Position numbers and translations under genes: made by a program
Source: Chromera velia
Taxonomy: Eukaryota
Direction: 5' to 3'
DNA length: 64,000 bases
Assembly (NCBI GenBank): GCA_018398765.1
Contig: JAHBMJ010000179.1
Span: 1 to 64,000 of the forward strand
Notes under the pieces: generated by a model
What the model saw: the letters and a program-made list of their open reading frames with translations, nothing else
The model's database searches: none
What the model was told of the DNA's origin: nothing
In this document: piece by piece, positions 38,888-50,648 of the stretch
How positions within the stretch are numbered: the stretch's first letter is position 1
Layout of the letters: the number at the start of each line of letters is the position of its first letter

Positions 38888-39681
38888 TCTTCCCAGATTT
38901 CCCCCACGGGCAAGCACGTGGCCGTGTCTCTGTTGGACTCGACGGTGGCGGTCCTCTACCTGGACTCCCTGAAGACCTTCCTGACTCTGTACGGACACAA
39001 ACTGCCGGCAGGAGCCCTCTCTATTAGCGATGACGGAACTTTGCTCGCAAGCGGAAGCGCAGACAAAAGCATTCGCGTCTGGGGCCTCGACTTCGGTGAC
39101 TGCAGGTGGGGGGCGGGGGCTCTGTATGGGGGGGATGGGGGGTGGCGGGTTGGGGGACCGGATTTACGAAGGAGAAGTGTATTCTGTCTTAAGTGTGCTT
39201 CTTCCGACTCAGACTCTTGGGGTAAGGTTGGCAAGTGAGATTTTCCGTTTAATCTTCTCCGTCCTCCATTTTTTTCCACTTCCCCTTCTCTCTTTGTCTG
39301 TCTGTCTGTATGCTCTCTCCATCGGCAGGAAGGCGATCTTCGCCCACTCCGAGGCAGTGACTGCCTGCCAGTTCCTTCCGAAGTCCCACCTTCTGGTGTC
39401 CGTCTCTCGGGACAGAGTGATGAAGCTTTGGGATCTGGACTCGTTCGAACTCGTGCAGCAGCTCTTCGGACACACGATGGAGACCCGGTCCCTGGCGGTG
39501 GGCACTGACGGAGGATTCGTGGTGACTGGAGGTCGGTGAGGAGGAGGGGGGGGGACGAAGGATTTGTCCTTGAAGAAAGGGAAAAAATAGAAAGTAGGGG
39601 AAGGGACTCAGGTTGTCAAAAAAAGAAATAACGCTCGACAGGCAGACACACAGGACGCACAGGCACTGACAGGTAGGGAGA

Positions 39682-39733
<52 letters not shown>

Positions 39734-41370
39734 AAGAGAGAGAGACAGGCTAGCAGCTGAAGGGATGAACAGACAAATGGTGGTTCTCTGCTGTGCCCTT
39801 GATGGTTTGGTGTTGCCTGCTCCTTCCTTCAGGGTTCGATCGTTCTCTCCGTGTGTGGAGACGGACTGGCGACCAGTTGTTTCTCTCTGAGGAGAGGGAG
39901 GCCGAGATGGAAAGGCGTCTAGAGGCCGACGCAGAGAGGGAGGATGTGGGTGTGGGCACTCTGACTGGAGATGCGAAGGTGGTGGGAGAGTCGAGAGCAA
40001 CGAGAAGGACTTTGGAGAGCGTCCGGTCAACTGAGAGGCTCATGGAGGTCAGGGGAAGGAACATAAACACACAGATTGTCAATTCATGCAGCTCTCTTCC
40101 CATCAGACGCCGTCCTCCATCTGACCTCTCTTTCTCTCTCTCTTTCTGTCTTTTTCATGTACCATTGCACAAAAAGTCCCCCCTCCTTCTGAACTTCCTG
40201 CCTGCCTACCTTTGTCAGTGTAATTCTGAATGAGGAAATCAAACATTCCCCCCCCCCCCCCNNNNNNNNNNNNNNNNNNNNNNNNNNNNNNNCCCCCCCT
40301 CTTGCAGGTCCTCGACGAAGCTCAGGCGGCAACCGACCAAGAGAAACTGTACAAGGAGGAGGTCGCGGTGTGGAGACAGAGGGTGAAGGAGTTCGGAGAG
40401 ACCATGGGCGAACAGGCACTCCCAAAACCCGACAAACCGACCCCGCCCTTGGAGCTTCTGGGCAAGTCGCCCTTTGAGCACATCCTCTCTGCACTCAGAA
40501 GAGTTCCCATACCTCTCCAGTATGAGGTCCTCTTGGCACTTCCCTTTGCCTACGCCCTGCGTCTTCTCGTAGTCGCGGCTGCCTTCCTCGATGCCTCCGC
40601 CGAGACCTGCGGATTGATTCCGCCCATCAGAGACGAGCAGGAGACGGACAAAGAGGATCAGTTTGACGCGGGTCCCTCCACTCTCCTCTTGTGCGTACCC
40701 CTGGAATCTGTCGCCCGTGCTGTTCTCATTCTGCTGCATGTGCACTACAGGTCAGGAAGAGAGAGAAACAACCACACAGTGGAAGGGAAACACCGTGGGA
40801 CACGACAAACCTGCACGTACGAGCGTTGCTTTGCAAAATGACTTTTTGTGCCTGCGCATCAAACTTGCAACTTCAACAGGGCGCGGTGCTTTGAAAAGTC
40901 TGAGGAGACATTTGCGGTTCCTGCTCCGTTTTTCCCCAATTGTCATTTTTTTTCTGCATTTAAAGAGAGTGTGAGGAAAAGCGCACGAGGAGCGGCATGG
41001 TCACACCGGAAAGCACAAAGGGTAAGCTAACCGGGAACAACCGTTCGTGAAGTGTAACCTCAATCTCTCATTCATCACGTAGCTCTTCACTGGTGTTTGC
41101 AGGCAGTTTCTCGTCACCCCGGAGCACAGGAGTCTTCTGCTGAGACTGCGACGCACTTTGCGGCCGCTGTTGCAGATGGAGGCGGACAGGATGTCGTTCA
41201 ACATTGCAGGCCTCTCAATGCTCTCACAAGAGCTTGCGGCGGACACCGTGGCTTTCCGAGAACGGAAGCCAACCACTGCTACCGGTGGCGCTCGCAGTCA
41301 AACCACAAGCAAAGGAAAAAAGGGAGGACAGGCGAGTGGAGAAGAACAAAAGCGTAGGAAAAAGACATGA
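34215..41370 (+). CDS. WDR3: WD40 SSU processome component WDR3/Utp12/Dip2, about 13 exons
   Basis: MVKSYLRY start; [103 protein letters not shown]-terminal Utp12 domain [12 protein letters not shown]...[10 protein letters not shown]. Confidence 0.95.
40262..40292. other. Assembly gap inside a WDR3 intron
   Basis: N run flanked by poly-C. Confidence 0.99.
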
Positions 41371-42839
41371 ACTAGAGTGACAAAACTTTAAGTTGCGTGA
41401 GTAATCAAAATACGTTTCGACTTTGGGTTCAAGAAATGATACGTATATAGTAAAATTAACTAAAATTAAAATGTAAATGAGGATAAATTTCTGCATGAAT
41501 GCGTTAATTTATATCTACATGAAAGTTATGTAATCAAATCTGTCGATATTTGTTTATAAGAAATCAAATATGATGTGACATATAATGTATAAACCAGTAA
41601 TATATGCAGATAGTTATTTTATATATATATTTACATTTTATTTAAGTTACTCATAAGTGATAAGTAATTTATTGGTGCCCTCAAGCATTATTGCCGTTTT
41701 GTCTTATAGAGGTCACCCCCGCAAACGGCAGGATATACATGTGTTGGACCTTCCTGGCCGAGCAGTTTGGTGTGCGAACCAATAATAGATGATGATGTAC
41801 CTTGGCCCGGAAAGCGAAGCTCTGGAAGGTACTTAAAAACAATTGCACTGCATGATTTCCTTGTAAATCTCGACAGAAAAGTGAGGGTGCAGGGGCTTGA
41901 ACCCAGGACCTCGCCGCGTGGATCTAAAATCCCCAAAATTCGCTTTCCGGGCCATTTGCACGCTTCGCGTGCGTCAGATTAAAATTAATTTCGAAGGCGC
42001 CTCCGCGCCGGTCGGCTCGCTCCATGCATGGCCCCGGAAAGCGAAGCGGGGGGCACTTAACAAACTTTCCCCAGAGCCCACGATGCATGGAGCTTTGGTC
42101 AAAAAAAAAGGCCCCGGAAAGCTCTGCTCCTCATTGGCTTAGAAAAGCGCCAAAAATTAACCACCTACCCTCGTTATCCCTCGTTTGATCCGATACACTT
42201 TCTGCCAGTGTGTCAAAAGTAGGCAGGCGGTTTTAGCATAGTTTTATAGTCAGTACTACCAAACAATACATGTCGCACTCTTCCAGCATACGTGTCAAGG
42301 AAGAAGGAAGAGGGATCGTCTGGTCATTGTTCTTTTGAAAAACTTTGAGACGTCGTTGTTAATGAGTTGCCCTCTTTCGGGACTACAAGAAGAGTGCCGT
42401 CTCCGCTGGCCATCGATGATCGATCTCCATCCCTCTCCTCTCGATTCACTCCAAGACTTTCAACACTTTCAGCTGCACACCAACATCGGGTGAGACATCG
42501 AAGCAATGCACAGCTGTCTGCGACTGTTTGTGTGTCTTCATAGATTCTTGGAAAGTCGTTAAGCGCTTGAGCTGTTCCTGCTCTGTGTTTGCAGCATTCA
42601 GTGTCGGCTGGGACTGAAAGCGTATATGTAGCTGTCCTTGAATATCCTGCGTATGCGTGGGGCTGGTATTTCTGTTTGTTTCTTTTCTGCCTCTGTCTAT
42701 TCAATTTGTTGATGCATGTCCGTCTCCGTCAGGAATTAACGTGTCTTCGTGAAAAAATGTGGACTGCGTCTTCTCCCGGCCTGAATTGGACTGGTCACAA
42801 TCAATCACGCTCATAATTTTTGCTGAAAAGACTCTTTTC

Positions 42840-43790
42840 ACTCATTTACTCACTCACTCACGCGCTCTCTTCCTCAATCCCTTCCTCCATCGCTTTATCC
42901 TTGCCTTTCTCCCCTGACTTACTGACTCACTCACTTCTTCGCTCATCTACTTACCCTCTCACTCTTTTCCACCGACCTTCCCTATATGCCTCCTTCCCTG
43001 CCTGCTTTCATCCCAGCTTCTTTTGGAATCCCTCCCTCCCTCTGCTCCTTCGCTCACTCGTTTAGTCGCTCACTCACTCATTCACTCACTCAGTCACTTA
43101 CACACCAACCCGCTTGCTCACTCACACAGACACCAAGCGACATCCACTTACTCAATGCCTCTTTCACTAGCTGACTCGCTTGCTGACAGACTTCCTCGCT
43201 CTTTCTTTCTTGCTTAATGTCTTTCGTTCTCTCTTTCTTTTTTTTTTTTTTTTCCTCCCTTTTTTTATTCTTTGTGCTTTCGTCCTTCCGTCCTTCTTTC
43301 CTCTCTTCTTTGTTTCTGCACTTTCTTTCTTCCCTTCTTCCTGTCTTCGATCCCTGTTTTATTTCTTCATTCTTCCACTTTCCGCCTGCCTTCTCTCTTT
43401 CTACATGTTTTTCCGCTATTTCTTTTTTCCGTCCTTTCTTCAGTTTTTGTTTGCTTGCTCGTTTGCTTAGTACTTGTTTATCTAGCTGCTTCTTTCCTAC
43501 TGAGACTTTCTTTCCTTGGTTTCTTCTTTCCTCCCTGCTTTATTCCTTCCGGTTCGTAACCTTCCTCCCTCCCTCCTTTCCTCCTTCCGTTCGTCTCTTC
43601 CATCTTCGTCCCTTCCCCCCTTTCCTCCTTCCTTCCTTCCTTCCTTCCTTCCTCGGAAGTTCATCCCTCCCTTCCTCTCGATCACCTTCCCTGCCTCCCT
43701 GCTAGGACCTGCCTTTGTCGCGCCCCCTCCTTCCTCGCTCCCTTGCTTGCTTCATGCTTCCTTCCCTGTTTCCTAGCCTTCTTCCCTCAT
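42840..43790. repeat. Pyrimidine-rich low-complexity tract (CACT, CTTC, TTTC units)
   Basis: Directly visible. Confidence 0.85.
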
Positions 43791-46006
43791 GAGTCATAAT
43801 CTAGCCCATGATGATAGGTCTCAAACTAGGTCTCAAATTCTATCCCTCTGTCTCTCTTTATTTTACTCCCACTTTTTTGCAAAGATATTACAAAGTGGGG
43901 CTTGAAGCGGCACCTACTATCGCAGCCGGTAGCAGCTTATCGCGCCTTGATTAATTAGCCCTGAAGTCGTATGAAGAACGTTCAATAATCTTCAATTGAG
44001 GCTACAGGAAATTTATGAAAAAATTAAGTGAATGATGGATCAAAAACTTAAAGTTAAATAAACCATCATCAAAAAAAAAAAATTAAAAAAAGTTATGATG
44101 AAAGAAGGATTATTCAAGATACTGTTCAACCATTGCGATATTTTATATTAAAATGATATTAAAAGAAAATCAATTCTCTTATCAGAATCTGATGTTTAAA
44201 TATTTTTAAAGATACATAGCATACATAGCATTGTGAAAAACCCGTACAGAAGTATTCTTAAATATACGAGTCTACAAAAAGCCTATCTAAGCCTCACTAA
44301 AGTTTATACTCGTATAATAAAAAATAAGTTGTGAAAGACCCTAGAAGCCACTAGATCTTCTCAACTAGAAGCTTATCATTAGAGTATCTTAAGGTCTTTT
44401 TACAGGGAAAGACTGAAGGACGGGATGCATTACATATTCCTGTTCCTTTCATTGTTCAGCCGTTTCATCTCATCGCATTTTATGAGCATGCTACTATTAA
44501 TTGTAATTAATTCAAATTGCATGAAGAAGCATGCACATATATGTATGCAGCTCGGCATGGCTCATCAATCTATAAGGCGGCGCGCATGGTGGCGGGCACT
44601 TCAGGCATGGCGGCTCAACAATCACCTCCTGACTGAGGCACAGACGAAGGAACAAATACAGAGCCGTCTGTTTACCCACAACGCCGACTGACTTTCATGC
44701 ACATGCTCGATCGCTTCGTAAAGTCAATCTTCTTAACACGTGCTCCTGCCTTCTGACAGTGTTTCTTCTCAACTCTCGCAGTGGAAGGAACGTCACCATT
44801 GCAGCGCTCTAACATGAGCTTGGTCTGTCTATCTGCCCTCATGTCACTAGTCCTGCACCAATACATACGAGAACGCAGACGACGCAATTCCTGTCTGACA
44901 TAAGCAAGAAGACCATTTATAGCGGGCTCTGCCTTTGCCTGTCCAGACTCTAGCTGATCTATCAACGGCCCGGAATCCGTCACAAATTCAATCGGCACTT
45001 TCTTACACCAAAGCGTCTCTGCCAGATCATTCCAAGCAAAAGCTTTCTTCACGCTCTCTGCAGATGCAACTGTCTCCGACAAAGTGCTCGAAATCAGCTT
45101 TCACTTCACTCTCACACTCTTCCACGCAAAAAGGTTACTCTTTCTTAAAGCATAAATCCTTTCTCTGTCTACCTGTTCTGTCTGATCTATAAGGTAAGCT
45201 TCGTTTCCCCATCGTCCGTCACACTTCTGAAGAGAATAAGACCCATCATGGAAAACAACCATCTTGGGGTCCTTGACTGCGGTAAAAACAAGAGAGGTCT
45301 TCCTTTGCTTCACATGATTCAATAAACGTAAACCACCTTCTACCTTCTCTGCAGACGGCTTAGTCGACCACCGACTCAGCTCACCAAAAAGAAAAGAAAT
45401 GTCTGGTTGTGTCTTTGCTGCCCACCCAGTCACCCCCATGATCTTCTGCATGAGTGGCACATATTCTTCTTTAATCTCTTCTTCTGTTGGAGGGTCCAAA
45501 AGGTCTGGTCTGACCTTCCCCCCTTTTAGTTTGCTCTCTTCCACTTCAACGGACTTAAGATACTCTTCCTGACTCATCTCAAAACCTTCCTTTGTTTTTT
45601 TTAGCTGCATGCCTATGTAGCTCATTGTCTCTCCTTCTTTCAATACCTCAGGCTCGTCCATTTTCAGTTTCTCTTGCAGAGGAGAAAGGAAAGAAAGAGG
45701 ATCTTCAGCAAAAAGAAGAAGATCATCGACATGCCTAACTAACACGGCCTTTACTTCACCCCGACTGAAAGACCCTAGAAGCTACTAGATCTTCTCAACT
45801 AGAAGCTTATCATTAGAGTCTCTTAAGGTCTTCTTATAGAGAAAGACTGAAGGACGGGATGCATTGCATATTTCCGTTCCTTTCATTGTTCAGCCGTTTC
45901 ATCTCATCGCATTTTATGAGCATGCTACTATTGATTGTAATTAATTCAAATTGCATGAAGAAGCATGTACATGCATACATGCAGCTCGGCATGGCTCATC
46001 AATCTA

Positions 46007-48010
46007 TACCTCCCTGAACCTAATGTCCACTTAAATGGTGGGGCCGCATTTTTAGATAGGCTTGAACGCCCGCGCCGCAGGCGCGGGCGGTATTTTGAAG
46101 GCCCGCGCCGCAGGCGCGGGCGGTGTCTTGAAAGGCAGCGCCGCAGGCGCGGGCAGTGTCTTGACCGGCCACGCCGCAGGCGCGGGCGGTGTCTTGAAAG
46201 GCAGCATGCAGCTGCATGCTAAAGAATCGCAGCTGCATACGTGTCCACCCGTCTCCCGAAGTGTAAATGTATCTAAACAACCCTGAAAAAAAAAAGATCG
46301 ACGAGATTGACGGACTTTTAGACTTTTCGTTCAATTACCTTACCTCTCAGAGTACCCAACGTGACCCAACAGAAGAAGGATTCACAGCATCAGAAGTATT
46401 GCCTACAAAGTGTTGGTGGTTGATCTTGCTTTGCCGGAGTCTAAGAGAAACTGAGACTTGCAGAAGGTTTTCCGGCAGGAAACTCTTCGTGCGACACCCG
46501 GACCCCCAACTCCACCCTCGGAGTTACTCCTTCAACATGTCGAAGGAAGACCCCGCCTTCTTGTAGAGCATGTTCAAGGCTCTAGAAAAGCCCTTCAGAA
46601 AGGCCGACAAGCGGCAAGAGGTGTACACCAAGCTCAGAGAAGCAGTCGGCATGAAGAATGCTGAGTTGGTGAGGGAGTTTGGTCCCGAGAATCCTGACGA
46701 TAGATCCCTCATCGGCCTTTCAGACAGAAGTCAAGCGAGGGCAGTCGCACACTGTCTACAGTCCCTTGTCCCGGCCTCACAAGCCCCTGCCGCAACAAAC
46801 AACAACGCCCTCCCTATTTCCAAGGGTGAGAACCCTGTCTTTACAAAGGCAAAGGCAGCCACCGGGCCGTCTCCTTCCTCCGCCCCCCCCTCTGCTGTTG
46901 CCAACCCTCCAGAGAAAGCTCCCTCTTCTACTGTAACTGCACCCCAACACCCCAGACCTGCAAAACCATAGCCAAAGCAATCACAGTCAATCATGGGTTT
47001 TTTCAAGCCTGTGTCGAAGGAAGAGAGTCACGCGTTGCTGCAGAAGCAAGAGGAAAAAACCATGGAACGAGAAGCAGTGAGGGCAGAAGGGACTCAACAG
47101 AGAGGGGAGCCTGGCAACCCGATTGAGTTTCCCTCTGCAGACGAGATTTTTTCGGAGATGGACATAGAGAAACTAAGGGGATGGTTGATTGACTGTGGGA
47201 AGCTCGTGGTCTCCCAGCGCTTCTGCACAGATGCTATTCAGGTCAGCAAATTTCCAGTACCGCACTAAGACTAACAGATTTTCAAACACGCTTTTTTCAT
47301 TCGTTTCCTCTCTCTCCTTTTTGTACCCTGCTTGCAGGTGCGTCTGATCGATATTGAGGGTTCTGAGGGTGACAACGATGACGAGAATTCTCCAGATGAA
47401 GACAACTTGAAGGGTGGAGACAGAACCGTTGGAAAAGAGCAGGAGGAAGGCGACGGCCCTTCAACGAAAAAACAGAAAGTCAGTTCTCCCGGACGCTTTG
47501 TTTTTTGAAAGAATGCCCCCTCATTGACAGCTGAGAGGCAGAGAGAGTGAGGCCCAGCAGAGAGAGGCAGAAAGATAAGAGCAACAAAAGAGGCTTGCTC
47601 TTTATCAAGCGCGTGGTCTCAGAGTGCGAGCTCACCAAACGCAGGTGCAAGCCCATGAAATCTGCAGGTTGAGCAATCTTGCTGATTCTGATTCAGAAGA
47701 TGAATGAATAGAGATGTTATATATGACCATATACTGGTACCAAGCTATATATGATATAATCTAGGATGTAATATTGATATTATATGATTATATATGATGA
47801 TATGTACAAAACCTAGACATGAATAGTATTTTAAAGTCAATATATCGATTTATTTATACTAATTTATACGTTATTATTTTTTAATTTTTTTTTATATTCT
47901 TTGAATGAGATTTGCTAGGCTGCAAATTTGGATAGACTTGATTGGCCGCGCCGCAGGCGCGGACGATCTTGATATTTTTTTTTCAAGTGGACATTAGGTT
48001 CAGGGAGGTC
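46007..48010. mobile_element. 2-kb TIR DNA element (8-bp TSD, hAT-like) nested in the copia LTR
   Basis: ACCTCCCTGAACCTAATGTCCACTT / AAGTGGACATTAGGTTCAGGGAGGT TIRs, TSD TCAATCTA, tandem CGCCGCAGGCGCGGGC subterminal repeats; the empty site is visible in the other LTR. Confidence 0.92.
46537..47508 (+). pseudogene. Cargo gene of the TIR element, unknown function
   Basis: One reading frame broken only by TAG at 46564 and 46969, with one GTCAGC...TTGCAG intron (about 47242-47337); acidic C-terminus with KKQK. Confidence 0.65.
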
Positions 48011-48828
48011 TCAATCTATAAGGCGGCGCGCATGGCGGCGGGCACTTCAGGCATGGCGGCTCAACAAGTTGTTGTTGGCTTTTGACATTTGTCAAGCGTT
48101 AAAATGTCTGGGCGGCTTCTGCCATTATATATTATTAATTCAAATCTGAGTGAATCAGAATGTTCATGGTGCGCCTGGGGTAAAACCACCATGACTCTGA
48201 AAAACGAAACAGGGGACACTAAATTACGAAACAACTAGACCAAACAATTCTCGCGACCGCGAGCGTACCTTTCCGCAGCTTTAACCATGCAGCCATATAG
48301 CGTGCATCTAGTAGGTATGAATAGCGTGTGTCAAGCAATTATTATTTTTCTTGCTTTCTGGGGCGGTTCGCAAGCTTGCTTGCGTCAGATGCATGCATGC
48401 ATCGATATCCGCGCCCGGCCGGCCGCGCGAGCGGGGCCATCCCGCGCGCGTGGCGACCGATGGCCCCGCTCGCGCGGCGACCGACCGAGCTTGGCAGGAG
48501 GATTGACTGACCTTTCACGATCAAAAACTCACTATTTCAAGCTTACAGAAACTGCGTGTGCACTGGCAACACCGGAAGACACAAAGCAAGTCTGGCAAAA
48601 GCTGGAGTCCATAGGGGTTGTGCTTGGACTGTCTCATGGCTCTCTGCATATCAGCAGAAGATTGTGAAAACGCTCTCCAGTCTGTGAGAGTCTCCGTCTC
48701 TAATTGATACATTCTGAAGAAGAGTACTTGTCTAAATCGTCGTCGGTCTTGTTTTCTGATCTCTGGTGCACTTGCATTCGATTCGAAGAGGAATATATCG
48801 TCCGTGTTTTGTGAAATAAGAAGGCAAG

Positions 48829-50004
48829 ATGGGACAAGCTTGGACTTCGGGCACTGAGAAAGCTGCAGCTGCGGCCCCTGCCGGTGCACCATCAAGGGGA
48901 GAGCAAGTTTCAAATTTCAGTTCTTCGTCGTCGTCGCCTTCTGAGGAACCTCTACAGAAGGTGTGGGAGAAAATTGGGGATCAACCAGTGCATCGCCGGT
49001 TGCAGAAAGAGCTCAAAATAGCCACGACTGGAATCACATCTGGGGACGCTAGTGAGGCCTTTCCGCTGAAGCTCGACAGCGCCCTTCAGTCTCCTTCTTT
49101 CGACGCCACTGGCATTCTCTTCGACGCTTCAGTTCACCACGAGGCAAAAGAGACTGGGTCGGTCTACACGATCTCTGGTCTCTTTCTCATTCCAGACAGA
49201 TGGCGATGGAGCCTTTGGTTGGACGGCCTCTCAGGGAGGGTCGCGCGCCTGCGACCCAAGTTCCCTCCATGGGACAAAAAGACACCTATGCGATTAACGT
49301 TTGTGGCAGATTTTGGAAACGGCTGGCCGTATTATCCCCCGGAAGTGAAAATTTCTTCGGGAGAGCCGGAATCGGACAGCTGCTTCATCTCCTCGCATCC
49401 CCTTCTAGATTCCGACGGAAGACCTCAACTTGATATCTTTCAAACAGCATGGGGTCCTCCTCTGACCTTGAGGACGGTTATAAGTAGCCTCCAGTCTGTG
49501 CTCGCACATCCTGAAGACGCTTTCCCCCTCCTTTCCATTCCTGCGCGAGTTGAGAATGATGCTGACAATGAGAGCGCGTCACCAAAAGACGAGTGCACGG
49601 AAGTTAGAGAAAGACTTGAAGAATGGAAAAGGGAGTTGGAAGGGGACAGAAGCGCCAGAGAGGTCGATGATTTGAGAAGAGAAACCGCCAGGGCAGACGA
49701 GCTGTGGTTGAAAGCAGTCATAAGAGCGCATTTCGAGCGCAAACGACAGTTAAGGAACCGGGCGTGCCCAGAGTCTGGTGAAGAAAGGGAGGACAGGGGA
49801 GGTGTTGCAGAGCCGTCAAACCTTCCGTCTGGCCGCAGTGAAAGGGAAACAGGGGAAAGTTTGACAGGAGAAGAGAGGGAATCTGGTTGTGTGTCTCTAC
49901 GAAGTCTCTTTGAGAGAACTTCGGGGACTGCCGGGAGCTCAAACCAAGACGGAAACACAGAAAGAAGAAATCCTTACCTTGTCTGGCTGTTCATCTGTTG
50001 TTGA
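48829..50004 (+). CDS. Ubiquitin-conjugating (UBC) fold protein, E2 variant lacking the catalytic Cys
   Basis: RRLQKEL; LTFVADFGNGWPYYPPEVKI; HPLLDSDGRPQLDIFQTAWGPPLTLRTVISSLQSVL. Confidence 0.8.
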   Translation: MGQAWTSGTEKAAAAAPAGAPSRGEQVSNFSSSSSSPSEEPLQKVWEKIGDQPVHRRLQKELKIATTGITSGDASEAFPLKLDSALQSPSFDATGILFDASVHHEAKETGSVYTISGLFLIPDRWRWSLWLDGLSGRVARLRPKFPPWDKKTPMRLTFVADFGNGWPYYPPEVKISSGEPESDSCFISSHPLLDSDGRPQLDIFQTAWGPPLTLRTVISSLQSVLAHPEDAFPLLSIPARVENDADNESASPKDECTEVRERLEEWKRELEGDRSAREVDDLRRETARADELWLKAVIRAHFERKRQLRNRACPESGEEREDRGGVAEPSNLPSGRSERETGESLTGEERESGCVSLRSLFERTSGTAGSSNQDGNTERRNPYLVWLFICC

Positions 50005-50648
50005 ACATATGGGTACAATTGAAATGAGTTGAAAGAGGGGAGGTAAGGGTGGGCTACCTGCAAGTGTGCCCACTTGATTTGCAAATCTTTATTTTTTCTT
50101 TTTCGTTGGCATGCATGCGAGTTCTGCAGGGACGTGATGACTGATGGCCGAGTAATACTTGTTTTGGGATGATGAGAAGACAACGAGGAAATACAAAGGG
50201 AGGAGTCACACAATGTGACTCTTCCAGCTTCAACCCTAGCTGATCGAGTTGATTGAGCGTGTGTGTTGAATGGGTCGAATGGGTGCTGAAGTGCATAGGC
50301 TGTAGGCTTTCTTCAATGCTGGTGATCAGAAGAGGGGGGGGGTCAGGGTGCATGTGGAGGAGGCAAAGTGTTTGTTGAGGCCGCGATTCTGCATTGAAGG
50401 GAATTTAAAGGGCTGCAGATGCACCTAAGGATGCACAGAGTCGGTACGCCAGCTAACATCCCGATGATCCTATCTAACATCATCCCATACACACTGGCAC
50501 TAGCACTGGCAGGACTTACATGTAACCTAAAATGTAACTCTCTTATACTTATAACTCTTTATATAAGCCATGCAAATATATTTTTTAGAAGCATGTCTAT
50601 GCTTCTCTGTCCTCACTGCATGCAATCTAGCATGTAATTCAATTATTT

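Larger units (their letters stand above)
44332..48066 (-). mobile_element. Internally deleted Ty1/copia LTR retrotransposon
   Basis: About 289-bp LTRs TG...CA at 44332-44620 and 45766-48066 (the latter interrupted), 5-bp TSD AGTTG, RT (LVRHVDDLL, YIGMQ, MSQEEY) and RNase H (FHDGS, AET, VTDS, MRAD) on the minus strand, PPT AGGAGG next to the left LTR. Confidence 0.93.

Noticed and set aside
42324..43776. ORFs over the pyrimidine-rich tract and neighbouring sequence
   Set aside because: Low-complexity artefacts with no family motif
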